Below, piece after piece: positions 49,433-60,685 of a stretch of 64,000 bases of DNA. The notes under the pieces were generated by a model. That model ran no database searches, was not told the DNA's origin, and saw only the letters and a list, made by a program, of their open reading frames with translations. Both the position numbers and the translations under genes were made by a program. This stretch comes from Candidatus Saccharimonadia bacterium (GTDB lineage: Bacteria > Patescibacteriota > Saccharimonadia > UBA4664), in NCBI GenBank assembly GCA_041743505.1, contig JBGTMQ010000015.1, positions 13,531-77,530 of the forward strand, written 5' to 3'. Numbering within the stretch: the stretch's first letter is position 1; every line of letters begins with the position of its first letter.

Positions 49433-49901
49433 ATTACCAAGCACAGTCCATAGCCCCGAGTTACTCGAAAGCGTGGCCTACGAGCTCGAGACATACTTAG
49501 AGTGGTACCGCCAAGCCCGCACCCAGCACCGGGTCGGCGTCAAGCCGCTACCCGAGCCGACCTACTCAGCCGAAACCTCCGAAGTCATCAAGGCCTGGTT
49601 CAGCGACAAGAAACCCACCGTCGAAGCCATTGGGGAACTCCTCAAATACCTGCATGAACTCAAAATGCCGGTGGTCCACGTCATGCTGGCGGCTTTACCC
49701 AACCATGCTCAGCGGCTGCAACTGGTTGATTGGTTTCGCCAAACTGCCGGCATCCCGGTATTGGTGTCCTTCGTCGCCGACCGCAACCTGGGCGGCGGCG
49801 TAGTGGTCCGAACGCCTAACCGCATGTTTGATTACTCATGGCGGCAGCGTCTAGTTGAGGGCCGCGCTAAAGTAGGGGAGATTATAAACCGTGAACGATA
49901 A
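49422..49901 (+). CDS. F1 delta/OSCP-like subunit
   Basis: DRNLGGGVVVR...FDYS matches the delta C-terminal motif. Confidence 0.7.
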   Translation: MAFKLPSTVHSPELLESVAYELETYLEWYRQARTQHRVGVKPLPEPTYSAETSEVIKAWFSDKKPTVEAIGELLKYLHELKMPVVHVMLAALPNHAQRLQLVDWFRQTAGIPVLVSFVADRNLGGGVVVRTPNRMFDYSWRQRLVEGRAKVGEIINRER

Positions 49902-51399
49902 TCCCAGATTTGCCAAATTAGTCGCCGCCAGCCGGCCAACTGGCGAGGTCAGAGGCGTTGACCGCTTCCTGGTCACCGTGCAGGGTCTCGGTGAAGTCGC
50001 CGTCAACGCCTTGGTTTACTTCGAGAATGGCCATCAGGGCCTGGTCCGCGAGGTCCGCGAGGATTCCGTCATGATTCTGAATATGACCGAAGAAGACATC
50101 CCTATCGGAACGCTGGCGGTCGTTGATGCCGATGAACTGGTAATTGGTGTGGGCGAAGGCCTCATCGGGCGGGTGGTAACGGTGCTCGGCCAGCCGCTTG
50201 ACGGCAAAGGCCCGCTGGCCATCAAGCAGTACGACCAGGTCTTCAAGGTAGCTCCAGGCATCATTGAGCGCCAGCCGCTCAGTGACCCGCTAACCACCGG
50301 CGTGGCCATCGCCGACCAGCTCTTCCCGCTGGTAAAAGGCCAGCGTATCGCCGTCTTGGGCGACAACAAGGTCGGTAAAACGGCCTTCACCACCCAGATG
50401 ACACTGGCCCAAAAGGGGACTGGCCGTATCGTCATCCATGTCCTTATCGCCAAGCGCAAAGCCGACGTCGACCGGCTTGTCAACAAGCTTAACGAAACCG
50501 GCGCCATGGAGTACTGCATCGTGGTCGTAGCCTCGGTTTTCGACCCGTTGACCCAGTCGTATCTGGCGCCGTACATTGGCGTCACCATCGCCGAGCATCT
50601 GTGGACCAACGGCCGCGACTGCGTCATTGTCTACGACGACTTGTCCAACCACGCCAAGGTCTACCGCGAGTTGTCATTATTGCTCAAGGTCAGTCCCGGC
50701 CGCGCCAGCTACCCGGGTGACATGTTCTACGCGCACTCTAGTTTGCTGGAGCGGGCCGGACGCCTGATCTCCAACGGCGCCTCATTATCATCCATTCCGG
50801 TGGTACTAACACCCAACAACGACATCACCGCGCCGCTGCCAACCTCCATCATGTCCATCACCGACGGCCAGCTGATCTTTGATTCCGAAGCCTTCCGGCA
50901 AGGCATCCGGCCGGCCGTGTCAGTTGGGCTGTCGGTCTCCCGCGTCGGTGGTGTAGGCCAAGACAAGCGCCAGAAAAAACTAACAGCCTCATTGTTCAAA
51001 AAGCTGGCCCTGTACCGGCAGGCGGCTGAGTTCTCGCATTTTGGCTCCGAATTAGCCATCGATTCCAAAAACGACCTGGAACTGGGCAAAAAAATCTACG
51101 AAGCCCTCAAGCAGCCACCAGACACCATCTATGATGCCAACGAGCAGGATCTCATCTTGGCCACGGTCATGAAAACTGAAGGCAAAATCGCCATCAACAT
51201 CGATAGCCTCAAGCGCAAAGCCAAAGAAATGGCCCCCACCATGACCGCCGACAGCGATTGGGACGCTGCCGTTGCCAAATTGCTGGCCGAGGTTACCGTC
51301 CAGGCGCCGGCGCCTCCGCCTGCCGCCCCCGCCGGCCCACCAGCTGCCTCAGCCGCCGCCGAAGCCGCCCAGCCACCAGCACCAAAGGCCAAGCAATAA
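49891..51399 (+). CDS. atpA: F1-type ATPase alpha subunit (divergent)
   Basis: GDNKVGKT, YDDLS, PGR..YPGD.FY.HS.LLERA, SITDGQ, SRVG. Confidence 0.93.
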   Translation: MNDNPRFAKLVAASRPTGEVRGVDRFLVTVQGLGEVAVNALVYFENGHQGLVREVREDSVMILNMTEEDIPIGTLAVVDADELVIGVGEGLIGRVVTVLGQPLDGKGPLAIKQYDQVFKVAPGIIERQPLSDPLTTGVAIADQLFPLVKGQRIAVLGDNKVGKTAFTTQMTLAQKGTGRIVIHVLIAKRKADVDRLVNKLNETGAMEYCIVVVASVFDPLTQSYLAPYIGVTIAEHLWTNGRDCVIVYDDLSNHAKVYRELSLLLKVSPGRASYPGDMFYAHSSLLERAGRLISNGASLSSIPVVLTPNNDITAPLPTSIMSITDGQLIFDSEAFRQGIRPAVSVGLSVSRVGGVGQDKRQKKLTASLFKKLALYRQAAEFSHFGSELAIDSKNDLELGKKIYEALKQPPDTIYDANEQDLILATVMKTEGKIAINIDSLKRKAKEMAPTMTADSDWDAAVAKLLAEVTVQAPAPPPAAPAGPPAASAAAEAAQPPAPKAKQ

Positions 51400-52251
51400 A
51401 TGGCCCGCGAAGCGCTGACAATCCAAAAAGAAGTCGGCCAGGTCGGCACAATCTCGGAGTTGACCTCCATCTTTGAGAGCATTGCCAGTATGCGCATCAG
51501 TAAAATTAAAGACAAAGTTACCCGGAGTCAGCGCTTCTTCGACGAGCTCTGGCAAATCTATACCCAGTTGCGGGTAAATCCCACCGAACGTATGGCCACC
51601 GGCCACAAGAAGCGCGACAAGCCAAACATCTTCTTGGTCCTCACCAGTGAAGGCGGCTTGTCTGGCGACATCGACCAGCGCATCGTCAGTACCGTCATGG
51701 AAAACTACGACCCGGCTACCACAGACCTGATCGTCATCGGCGCCCACGGCGCCACCCAATTCGTCCAACGAAAAGTCAAAATTCAGCGCTACTTCCGTCT
51801 GCCCGATGTGGACCAGGCCATCGACGTCTCGCCCATTGTCCAGGAACTCTTGGGCTACCAAATGCCCACGGTCTGGTTCCAGCGCTACGTATCCCTAAGC
51901 GTCCAGGAAGTCGGCCGCATCGACCTCATCAGCCGCGTCAAAGCACTGGGTACGGACGCCGAAAAGAGCACTAATATCATCAGCCCCCGCGATTACCTGT
52001 TCGAGCCCAACGTCGAGGAAGTTGTGCGCTACCTAGAGAGCGTCATGATGGAAATCGTGCTCTCCCAGGTCATCCTCGAATCCCGCCTGGCTCAGTATGC
52101 CTCGCGGTTCACGGCTATGTCCGCCGCCAAGAAACGCTCCCAAGAGATGAAGTTAGAGCTAGTTATGGCCTTCAATCGGGCCAAGCGCGGCGAGGCCGAC
52201 GAACGCACCAAGGAAATCGTCAACGCCATGAACGCCTTGCACATCGGGTAG
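51400..52251 (+). CDS. atpG: F1-type ATPase gamma subunit (divergent)
   Basis: TSEGGLSG, YLFEP, ASRFTAM; between alpha and beta. Confidence 0.85.
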   Translation: MAREALTIQKEVGQVGTISELTSIFESIASMRISKIKDKVTRSQRFFDELWQIYTQLRVNPTERMATGHKKRDKPNIFLVLTSEGGLSGDIDQRIVSTVMENYDPATTDLIVIGAHGATQFVQRKVKIQRYFRLPDVDQAIDVSPIVQELLGYQMPTVWFQRYVSLSVQEVGRIDLISRVKALGTDAEKSTNIISPRDYLFEPNVEEVVRYLESVMMEIVLSQVILESRLAQYASRFTAMSAAKKRSQEMKLELVMAFNRAKRGEADERTKEIVNAMNALHIG

Positions 52252-53624
<1,373 letters not shown>

Positions 53625-53625
<1 letters not shown>

Positions 53626-53891
53626 TGGCCAAAGAAGCCGAGCAAGCCCCCCGTTTCCGCGTCAAAATCTTTAGCCCATACCAGACCTACTACGAAGGCG
53701 AAGCCGTCAGCTTAAGCGCCTCCAACCGGACAGGCCCGTTCGACATCCTGCCGGGCCACATCAACTTCTTTTCGCTGCTAACCGGCGGCCAGGTCATCCT
53801 CAACACTGGCTTTCAGCAACTCGAGTTCCAGATCGCCCGCGGCGTACTACGGGTTGACCACGACGCCCTGACGTTATTTGCCGATATTTAG
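53625..53891 (+). CDS. atpC: F1 epsilon subunit, beta-sandwich only
   Basis: KIFSP, G.FDILPGH; 88 aa, no C-terminal helices. Confidence 0.8.
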
Positions 53892-54260
53892 AGCCATCGA
53901 CCCGTTAAAGCATTGTCGGCCTTTACCGTGCTGGCTCGCATCAATGTAATTCGTGTCGGGGGGATACCGGGTTGACGAATGCTGATCGATACTAGCGGTC
54001 AGAAAAGTCCCGCACAGCTTGTAGGTCTGAGCAGTGGTTGTTTCGTAGGTAACGCCGCCGTAGTCGCCCGGAATGTCAGACAGCCCGGCCGGCAGCCGGT
54101 TATTACGCGAGCTGTAGTCATTGATGGCGGACTGGGCGGTTTGGATGCGCAATACCAACGCCTGGTCGGCCTTAACCGGCCCGGACGCAAGTGACTGCCA
54201 GACAATCGTAATCGCACTAATGACAGCAATGACCGCAATGAAGATATAGTACTTTCTCAT
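53874..54260 (-). CDS. Small exported protein with Cys pair
   Basis: N-terminal TM, LP..L, YKLCGTF, HGKGRQCF. Confidence 0.7.
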   Translation of the reverse strand: MRKYYIFIAVIAVISAITIVWQSLASGPVKADQALVLRIQTAQSAINDYSSRNNRLPAGLSDIPGDYGGVTYETTTAQTYKLCGTFLTASIDQHSSTRYPPDTNYIDASQHGKGRQCFNGSMALNIGK

Positions 54261-54949
54261 GATTGGTTCTTCTTGTGCTCATCAATCCAGTAGTAAGCAA
54301 AGATTGCCCCGGCAATACTCAAGGTTACGAGCATGTGCAGAAAGTTGCCGATCGGCGAGGCCAAATTACTACCCAAGTACGCATCCGTGCCGGTGTTAAG
54401 CAAGCTATAAATGTAGGTCACCAGCCGGAAAATTCCCCACAGAAAAGCAATCACCAGCGTTAACTGAACGGCGTGCCGCCGCGATGCATCATGGCGCAGG
54501 GCCGGCTCGTGCAGCTCAGCCTTCTTCAGTCGCAAAAACAACCAGCTAAAGATCGGCAGGCCCACAATCAAAGCCGCTGAAGCGTACGCCGACATGCCAT
54601 TATCATAGCTGCTGAAGCCAAAGCTACTGTCCACCACATCATGAAGCAGGATACCAAGAGAAATAGCCGTAACCGCCAGCGCCAGGAACATAATAATGTA
54701 CTCAAGTCCCCGGGTAGTCCGCTGCTGAATCACCGCAATCGGGGCCCCGGACGGCTTCAACGCCCCATCCCCGTGGACTGGTGCACCAGGCGGTGGCGGT
54801 GGCATCAATAGCGCATCCTTATCAGTCGCCAGCGCCGCATCAACCTGAGCCGCGTCCCACCCGGCCGACACCAAGTTATCCCGGATATCCTTGTCATCCA
54901 GCTTGCGGCTGCGGGCAAACATGATGTATTGAAGCAATTGGTGGTTCAT
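54257..54949 (-). CDS. Membrane protein (DUF5671-like, tentative)
   Basis: L.SAGW N-domain, 4 TM, YYW. Confidence 0.7.
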   Translation of the reverse strand: MNHQLLQYIMFARSRKLDDKDIRDNLVSAGWDAAQVDAALATDKDALLMPPPPPGAPVHGDGALKPSGAPIAVIQQRTTRGLEYIIMFLALAVTAISLGILLHDVVDSSFGFSSYDNGMSAYASAALIVGLPIFSWLFLRLKKAELHEPALRHDASRRHAVQLTLVIAFLWGIFRLVTYIYSLLNTGTDAYLGSNLASPIGNFLHMLVTLSIAGAIFAYYWIDEHKKNQS

Positions 54950-55217
54950 AACCGCCTTATTATTATTAGCTTAAGTATTATGAGATAGCGAGGCAATGTC
55001 AATGAAGCCGCCCATTCGATGCTGCAAGCTAGCATCAATACATTTCACCATTGAGTTAATTAACTTTTTGACATAACCATATTTGGGTAAGAAAGCCTCA
55101 GTATACTCAATGCTGCGTCTCTCATGGCAACAACAATTTTAGCGCTTTCACTTTAAGCACCAATTCTAGCAACAGGCTGGCATCTTTAGACATCATGTTT
55201 CATGGTAGATTACTACC

Positions 55218-55769
55218 ATGAAACATGTGTATATTCTCACCGGCAACACCGATAAAATCAAAGCTGCGAATCACATCTTCCATAAGTTTGAGATAGAGGT
55301 TCTGCCGCTTGAGCTCGATATACCCGAAATCCAGGCCAGCACAAGTGCAGAAATCGCCCGCCATGCCGTCGAACAAGCGTACAAGCTCACAGATAAGCCG
55401 GTCATCCGTGAGGATCATAGTTTTTACATTACGGAGCTACATTTTCCAGGGCCGTTTATGGCCTATGCAGATAAGTCCATTAGCGCCGAGCAACTTCTAA
55501 AAATTGTCGACACGCTCGAAAGCCGGAAGGCTTACTTCGAACTCGCCGCCGCCTACGCTGACAATCAAGGACAAGTACACGAATTCTCCTATCAAGTACC
55601 GATCGTTATATCTTCTAAAATTCGGGGTAACGATCAGCTAGGCTGGGAACGACTCATGATGCTTCCGGGAGATACCAGAACCTTCGCCGAACCAGGCGGA
55701 GCCGACCGGACGTCGCTTTGGGCCAGGAATTACGAAGCAATCGCACAACTGATCCACGAACAGAAATAA
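55218..55769 (+). CDS. Ham1/ITPase-family non-canonical NTP pyrophosphatase (divergent)
   Basis: TGNTDK, PEIQ, EDHSF, FPGP, RG...GW. Confidence 0.85.
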   Translation: MKHVYILTGNTDKIKAANHIFHKFEIEVLPLELDIPEIQASTSAEIARHAVEQAYKLTDKPVIREDHSFYITELHFPGPFMAYADKSISAEQLLKIVDTLESRKAYFELAAAYADNQGQVHEFSYQVPIVISSKIRGNDQLGWERLMMLPGDTRTFAEPGGADRTSLWARNYEAIAQLIHEQK

Positions 55770-55862
55770 CCCCGTGCGTGATCATAGTTGACGTACATTT
55801 TATCCGTTGCTAAGCTCTTGAAACGGATAAAAACATCCGTACCCGATCTCTTAGGAGGCATC

Positions 55863-56189
55863 ATGCTTCGCCGGGTCGCGACTCGGGCATTGCTTGTTTT
55901 TATAGCAGTCGCTGCACTCGTAGGCTTCACCGCAGGGCCCGCCATGGCCAATCAGTATCCCTGGCCGCACAATGGCTGCACATCCGCACCCGATCGCGCC
56001 ATCGCTAACTTCACCCACGCCTGCAATCACCACGACGGTTGCTATGCACTTCACTGGGCAGGTCGTGGTGCCTGCGATCAGTGGTTCTGGAATGACATGA
56101 TTGCAGCCTGCCGTAAGCTCCCATTCGAAATGATTGGTGGCTGCACGGGCACAGCCGGCCTCTCGCTATTCATTAGTAGAGCGTTTTAA
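55863..56189 (+). CDS. Secreted prokaryotic phospholipase A2-like protein
   Basis: Signal peptide; NGCTSAPD, F..AC.HHD.CY, CD..F..DM..AC; promoter TTGACG-17-TAAGCT, AGGAGG SD. Confidence 0.8.
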   Translation: MLRRVATRALLVFIAVAALVGFTAGPAMANQYPWPHNGCTSAPDRAIANFTHACNHHDGCYALHWAGRGACDQWFWNDMIAACRKLPFEMIGGCTGTAGLSLFISRAF

Positions 56190-56378
56190 TGACATCGCAA
56201 TCCCTACCATTGCCACAATCACTTGAAAAACAGCAAGAATGATAAGAAAGGGCGGACCGAAATTAAAATCTCGGGTAGCAGTTGTTACAAGGACTTGCCT
56301 CGCCAATACAAGCTCGAGCAAGGCCAAAATAAGCATACAGAGTGAAACGCCAAAAAGGTGTGAGGAATGGATAGTCAT
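56166..56378 (-). CDS. Small two-TM protein
   Basis: Hydrophobic 70-aa ORF. Confidence 0.45.
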   Translation of the reverse strand: MTIHSSHLFGVSLCMLILALLELVLARQVLVTTATRDFNFGPPFLIILAVFQVIVAMVGIAMSLKRSTNE

Positions 56379-56518
56379 AGATGTATCTTACTCTAGACTA
56401 TCGACACTTAAATCACAAAGTCTGCATTGGCAAAAAGTACTATTCTAAGCCGAATAACGGTTGACATCACCCGTAGCATAAGCATAATAAGAGTAAATAT
56501 CATTAAACAGGAATTGTT

Positions 56519-56725
56519 ATGGCTTATTCAGTCACCAATTCGAAGGGCCAGCAGTATTTTCTGCACATGAAGGACGTCACCCTCAAAGGTGGCCGTCTGC
56601 AGCGGATTTACTTTTTTGCAAAGCAGTTACGCCCCGAGAAAGGTACGCCGATCGACGCCATGCCGGCCGGCCGCGTCCAAGTAGAAAACCCGCGCACCGG
56701 GTTACCCGTCCTCAAAAAAGGGTAA
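56519..56725 (+). CDS. Small basic hypothetical protein
   Basis: NSKG..YFLH, IYFFAK, ENPRTGLP.LKK; TTGACA promoter; terminator at about 56749-56770. Confidence 0.8.
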   Translation: MAYSVTNSKGQQYFLHMKDVTLKGGRLQRIYFFAKQLRPEKGTPIDAMPAGRVQVENPRTGLPVLKKG

Positions 56726-56824
56726 GCCCTCCTGATAGCTCTCTAAGAAACCGCTGCAAAGCGGTTTTTTGGCGCTCTGGGTCATTGTAGATGACAAGCG
56801 GCAAATGCTAAGCTTATACCTGCT

Positions 56825-57589
56825 ATGGCAAAACAACCGATCCTTAAGGTCACCGACATCCGCAAGCAATACGACGACGGCTTTGAGGCGGTCAAAGGCA
56901 TTTCATTCGCTGTGGCCAAAGGCGAGGTCTTCGGCATCCTCGGGCCTAACGGCGCCGGCAAAACCACCACGCTTGAAATGATCGAGGGCCTGCGCAGCAT
57001 TACCTCCGGCAGCGTTGAGCTAGACGGCCTGAACGTCCAAAAGCGTCCCCGCGAGGTCAAAGAGCGCATCGGCATCCAACTGCAATCATCGGCCTTCTTT
57101 CCGACCCTAAACCTCATCGAGCTGCTCGGCTTATTTAACGCCCTATACGCCCAGCACACCGACCCCATGACTCTCTTGCGCGAGGTGGATCTGGAGGACA
57201 AGGCTAAATCCACTGCCAAAGAGTTGTCCGGCGGCCAGCGGCAGCGGTTCAGCATCGCCACTACGCTGGTCAATAAACCGGTCGCCATATTCCTGGACGA
57301 GCCCACCACTGGACTCGACCCCCAGGCCCGCCGCAACCTCTGGGGCCTCATCCGCCAGATTCAGCACAAGGGCACCACCGTTATTCTCACCACCCATTAC
57401 ATGGAAGAGGCCCAAGTGCTGTGCGACCGGGTAGCCATCATGGACGAGGGCCAGATCATCGCCCTGGACACTCCCGATCATCTTATCCAAGCCTTACTCA
57501 ACCGTGGCTTTAAGCCGCACACCAAAGTCCAGGCCGCCACGCTCGAGGACGTCTTTATCGATTTAACCGGCAAGGAGCTCAGAGACTAA
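56825..57589 (+). CDS. ABC transporter ATP-binding protein
   Basis: GPNGAGKT, LSGGQ, LDEPTTGLDP, TTHYMEEA. Confidence 0.95.
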   Translation: MAKQPILKVTDIRKQYDDGFEAVKGISFAVAKGEVFGILGPNGAGKTTTLEMIEGLRSITSGSVELDGLNVQKRPREVKERIGIQLQSSAFFPTLNLIELLGLFNALYAQHTDPMTLLREVDLEDKAKSTAKELSGGQRQRFSIATTLVNKPVAIFLDEPTTGLDPQARRNLWGLIRQIQHKGTTVILTTHYMEEAQVLCDRVAIMDEGQIIALDTPDHLIQALLNRGFKPHTKVQAATLEDVFIDLTGKELRD

Positions 57590-58704
57590 TGGTCCCAACT
57601 TCCCGCCAGCGCCAATTGGCCGCCCTCCGCGGGCTCACCGTAGCGTCTCTCAAGATGTACTTCCGCAACCGCTCAGCCATGTTCTTCTCGTTGTTTTTCC
57701 CCATCATGTTCATCGTCATCTTCGGGCTGCTTTTCCAAAACACTACCAGCTCATTCAAGATCGACATCACCAACCGCTCCAATACCGAGCTCAGCAAGCA
57801 GTTCGAATCTGCCCTCAAGAAAATCCCGGCCTTCAAGGTCAAGTCCGTATCCGAGGAACAAGCCGCCAAGGACCTGAATAAAAACGATACCGACCTGGCC
57901 GTAACCATCCCGCCGGAATTTGGCCAAATCCGGGACGGCCGGCCTGCGCCCACGGCCGTTATCGCCCGCTACAACGAAGCCCGGCCCCAAAACGGCCAGG
58001 CCGCCGGCCAGATCATCCAGCAGCTCGCCGGCCGCTTCAACGACCAGATCACCGGCGCGCCACAGATCGTCACCGTCGAGGCCAAGGGCGTCAAAACCAA
58101 GAATCTCAGCTACATCGACTTCCTGTTACCCGGCATGGTGGCGCTGTCGATCATGCAGCTTGGCATTTTCAGCGTGGCCTTTGGCTTTATCTCGTACAAA
58201 ACCACCGGCATGCTCCGGCGGTTGCAGGCCACGCCGATCCACCCGGGCAATTTCCTGGCCGCCCAAGGCATGACCCGCCTGGTTATGGCTGTGGTTCAAA
58301 CCATACTGCTGGCCGGCATCGGCGTCTGGTTCTTTGGCTTCCATCTGAGCCCGGCCAGCTGGCTACCGTTCCTGGTGCTGGCTCTCATTGGTAGTGCCGT
58401 CTTTATGGCCATCGGCTTTGCTATCGCCGGCTGGGCCAAGAACGAAGACCAGGCCGCCCCGGTAGCGCAAATCATCCAGTTTCCCATGATGTTCCTCTCG
58501 GGCACGTTCTTCCCCCGCGACAGCTTCCCGCCTACACTGCAATACATTACCGATTACCTGCCGCTAACCTACCTGGCCGACGCCCTGCGCCATGTCGCCA
58601 ATGACGGCGCTTCGCTCTGGGTCATCCGCGACGACCTGCTCGGTCTCATTGTCTGGGGAATCATCTCCAGCTATGCCGCTATCCGCCTGTTCCGCTGGGA
58701 GTAA
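57589..58704 (+). CDS. ABC-2 permease
   Basis: YIDFLLPG, RRLQATP, FLSGTFFP, FRWE. Confidence 0.93.
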   Translation: MVPTSRQRQLAALRGLTVASLKMYFRNRSAMFFSLFFPIMFIVIFGLLFQNTTSSFKIDITNRSNTELSKQFESALKKIPAFKVKSVSEEQAAKDLNKNDTDLAVTIPPEFGQIRDGRPAPTAVIARYNEARPQNGQAAGQIIQQLAGRFNDQITGAPQIVTVEAKGVKTKNLSYIDFLLPGMVALSIMQLGIFSVAFGFISYKTTGMLRRLQATPIHPGNFLAAQGMTRLVMAVVQTILLAGIGVWFFGFHLSPASWLPFLVLALIGSAVFMAIGFAIAGWAKNEDQAAPVAQIIQFPMMFLSGTFFPRDSFPPTLQYITDYLPLTYLADALRHVANDGASLWVIRDDLLGLIVWGIISSYAAIRLFRWE

Positions 58705-58758
58705 GCGGCCACAATCATGCCAGTATGCGCCCGGTCGCCAATTCTTTCAGCCCACCTA

Positions 58759-58806
58759 GTGCGTTGAGTGCAGTAAGCCTATCTGGTGACACTGCATTCA
58801 ACGCAC
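58759..58806. repeat. 16-bp inverted repeat with 16-nt loop
   Basis: GTGCGTTGAGTGCAGT / ACTGCATTCAACGCAC. Confidence 0.7.
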
Positions 58807-58953
58807 ACCCCATTAGTAAAGAAAGCCACATACCGCATAAGTCACCCACCCAATACCTTGATCTCTTCGGATTTGTTACCATTCCGTTTTTAGGATTCGT
58901 AGCTTTTGCCGGAATTAATGTATGCTTATATCTATACTGGAAGGAGAACAAAC

Positions 58954-59613
58954 GTGTCACGTGAGGCAAAAATCTTAACTGCAATTTTAGTGGTCGTCGT
59001 TGGCGGCCTGATCGGCTTGTTCGTATTAACTAACCAAGGTAGCGATACTAGTCAGACCCAGGTAGTAGATGAGAAAACGCTCATCAATGAAAACACCCAT
59101 AAAGAAGGCAGTGGGTCAGTCCAGCTGGTGGAGTTCGGCGACTACCAATGCCCGTCTTGTGGCGCCGCCCATCCCTACCTCGAGAAAATCATGGAAGACT
59201 ACGAAGGCAAGGTTACGTTCCACTTCCGCAATTTCCCGCTAGCCAACATCCACCCCAACGCCCTGGCAGCAGCCAATGCGGCTGAGGAAGCGGCTGCCTT
59301 AGGAAAATTCTGGCAGATGCACGATTTGCTCTACGAAAAGCAGCAGGAGTGGGGCACATTGCCGCGTGACCCGGCTATCGCCAAGTTCGCCGACTACGCT
59401 ACCACTATTGGCGTTGACCCAGTCAAAATCCGTGAGGCCGCCACCAACCAAACCCACAAAGAAGCCATCGACAAAGACCGGGCCGACGGCACCACCCTCG
59501 CTGTAGATTCAACCCCAACCTTCTACGTTGACGGCCGCAAAGTCGAAGCCAGTGGCGAGCAAGGCCTGCGCGACGCCATCGACAGTGCTCTCAAAGCCAA
59601 GGACAAAAAGTAG
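58954..59613 (+). CDS. DsbA-family thiol-disulfide oxidoreductase
   Basis: TM anchor, EFGDYQCPSC, FPL, STPTF; AAGGAG SD before GTG. Confidence 0.92.
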   Translation: MSREAKILTAILVVVVGGLIGLFVLTNQGSDTSQTQVVDEKTLINENTHKEGSGSVQLVEFGDYQCPSCGAAHPYLEKIMEDYEGKVTFHFRNFPLANIHPNALAAANAAEEAAALGKFWQMHDLLYEKQQEWGTLPRDPAIAKFADYATTIGVDPVKIREAATNQTHKEAIDKDRADGTTLAVDSTPTFYVDGRKVEASGEQGLRDAIDSALKAKDKK

Positions 59614-59642
59614 CCGGACCACAACGCAGTCCCAGCCGCGTC

Positions 59643-60389
59643 CTAGTGCCCGTGACCGCCGTGGGCGAGCATGGACACCACAAACATCAGCGCCGCCCCA
59701 GCAACGGTCAGCGCCAAAGTCAGGCGTGATGGATGGTCGGCGTGTGCTTCCGGCAAAATATCGCTGGCCCCAATGTACAGCAGGAATCCGGCAAAGAAGC
59801 CCAAATAAAGCAGCAGTTGCGCCTCACCCAGCTGAAACAGCAGGGTAGAGGCAGCCCCCAGCATCGGCGCCACCGCCACTAGTGCCAAAAGCTTCAACGC
59901 TCTTTTAGGCGTGTTTCGATGGGTAAGCATCAGCGCCACGGTATTAAGGCCGTCCGAGAAGTTGTGAGCAATTACCGCTATGGCCACGGCGATACCGACG
60001 CCGGCGTTTATCTGAAACGCCAAGCCGATACCAACACCGTCCAGAAAAGCATGAGCGCCCAATGCCAGCGCCGAAACCAAGCCAATCTCAGGATGTTTGT
60101 GGCCGCGTTTGTATTCATCCTCGTGAGCGCTATGTATAACCGTTAGCTTCTCCACAATATGAAACACCAAAAAGCCCGCCACCAACGCAATCATCGGTAC
60201 GGTAAAGTCGGTTTTAGTTTCTTCGGCCAGGTGGACAACCTCGGGCAGCAAATCAAAGGCAACTACACCCAACAGCACACCGGCTGTAAAGCCCAGTATG
60301 CGGTGTAGCTGGTCACGGTTTTTCAGTGCGACTAATCCGCCGGCCATAGTTGATACAAAGGTACTGAGAGCAAAAATTGCAGCAAGCAT
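59643..60389 (-). CDS. ZIP-family metal transporter
   Basis: GFTAGVLL, HAFLDG, HNFSDG, ILPEAH. Confidence 0.92.
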   Translation of the reverse strand: MLAAIFALSTFVSTMAGGLVALKNRDQLHRILGFTAGVLLGVVAFDLLPEVVHLAEETKTDFTVPMIALVAGFLVFHIVEKLTVIHSAHEDEYKRGHKHPEIGLVSALALGAHAFLDGVGIGLAFQINAGVGIAVAIAVIAHNFSDGLNTVALMLTHRNTPKRALKLLALVAVAPMLGAASTLLFQLGEAQLLLYLGFFAGFLLYIGASDILPEAHADHPSRLTLALTVAGAALMFVVSMLAHGGHGH

Positions 60390-60443
60390 ATATTGGTTTC
60401 GTTAAAATTCTGATAATAACCTTACCCTAAGCGGGCCTATTCC

Positions 60444-60458
60444 TGCAAATTATTTGCA
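60444..60458. promoter_or_regulatory. 7-1-7 palindrome (Fur/Zur-like box) upstream of the ZIP transporter
   Basis: TGCAAAT-T-ATTTGCA. Confidence 0.5.
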
Positions 60459-60527
60459 TAAGCAGCCTTAAATGCAAAAAAATCAGTATGCTATCATATA
60501 TAAGTACAAGCTTAACAACTAATTCAA

Positions 60528-60685
60528 ATATCACGAACGCGGCGAGGGACCTAGCCCTGCGACCCGCTAGCAACCCTGGTTTATTTACCAGAAGGTGCTT
60601 CGTCTAGCCCGCCTCAACGGGAGAGATATACCACACTGTTAAGCAGTTTGGCCTTTCTCCTCGTGTACTCGTGAGAAAGGTTTTT
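60528..60685 (+). promoter_or_regulatory. SAM-I-family riboswitch with downstream terminator/SD-sequestering hairpin
   Basis: P1 ATATC/GATAT, GAGGGAC..CCC, GCAACC..AAGGTGC; CCTTTCTC/GAGAAAGG + TTTTT just before the metK ATG. Confidence 0.85.

Noticed and set aside
58759-58806. Integron attC site
   Set aside because: GTTRRRY precedes RYYYAAC (the reverse of attC order), no extrahelical-base pattern, and no integron integrase in the window
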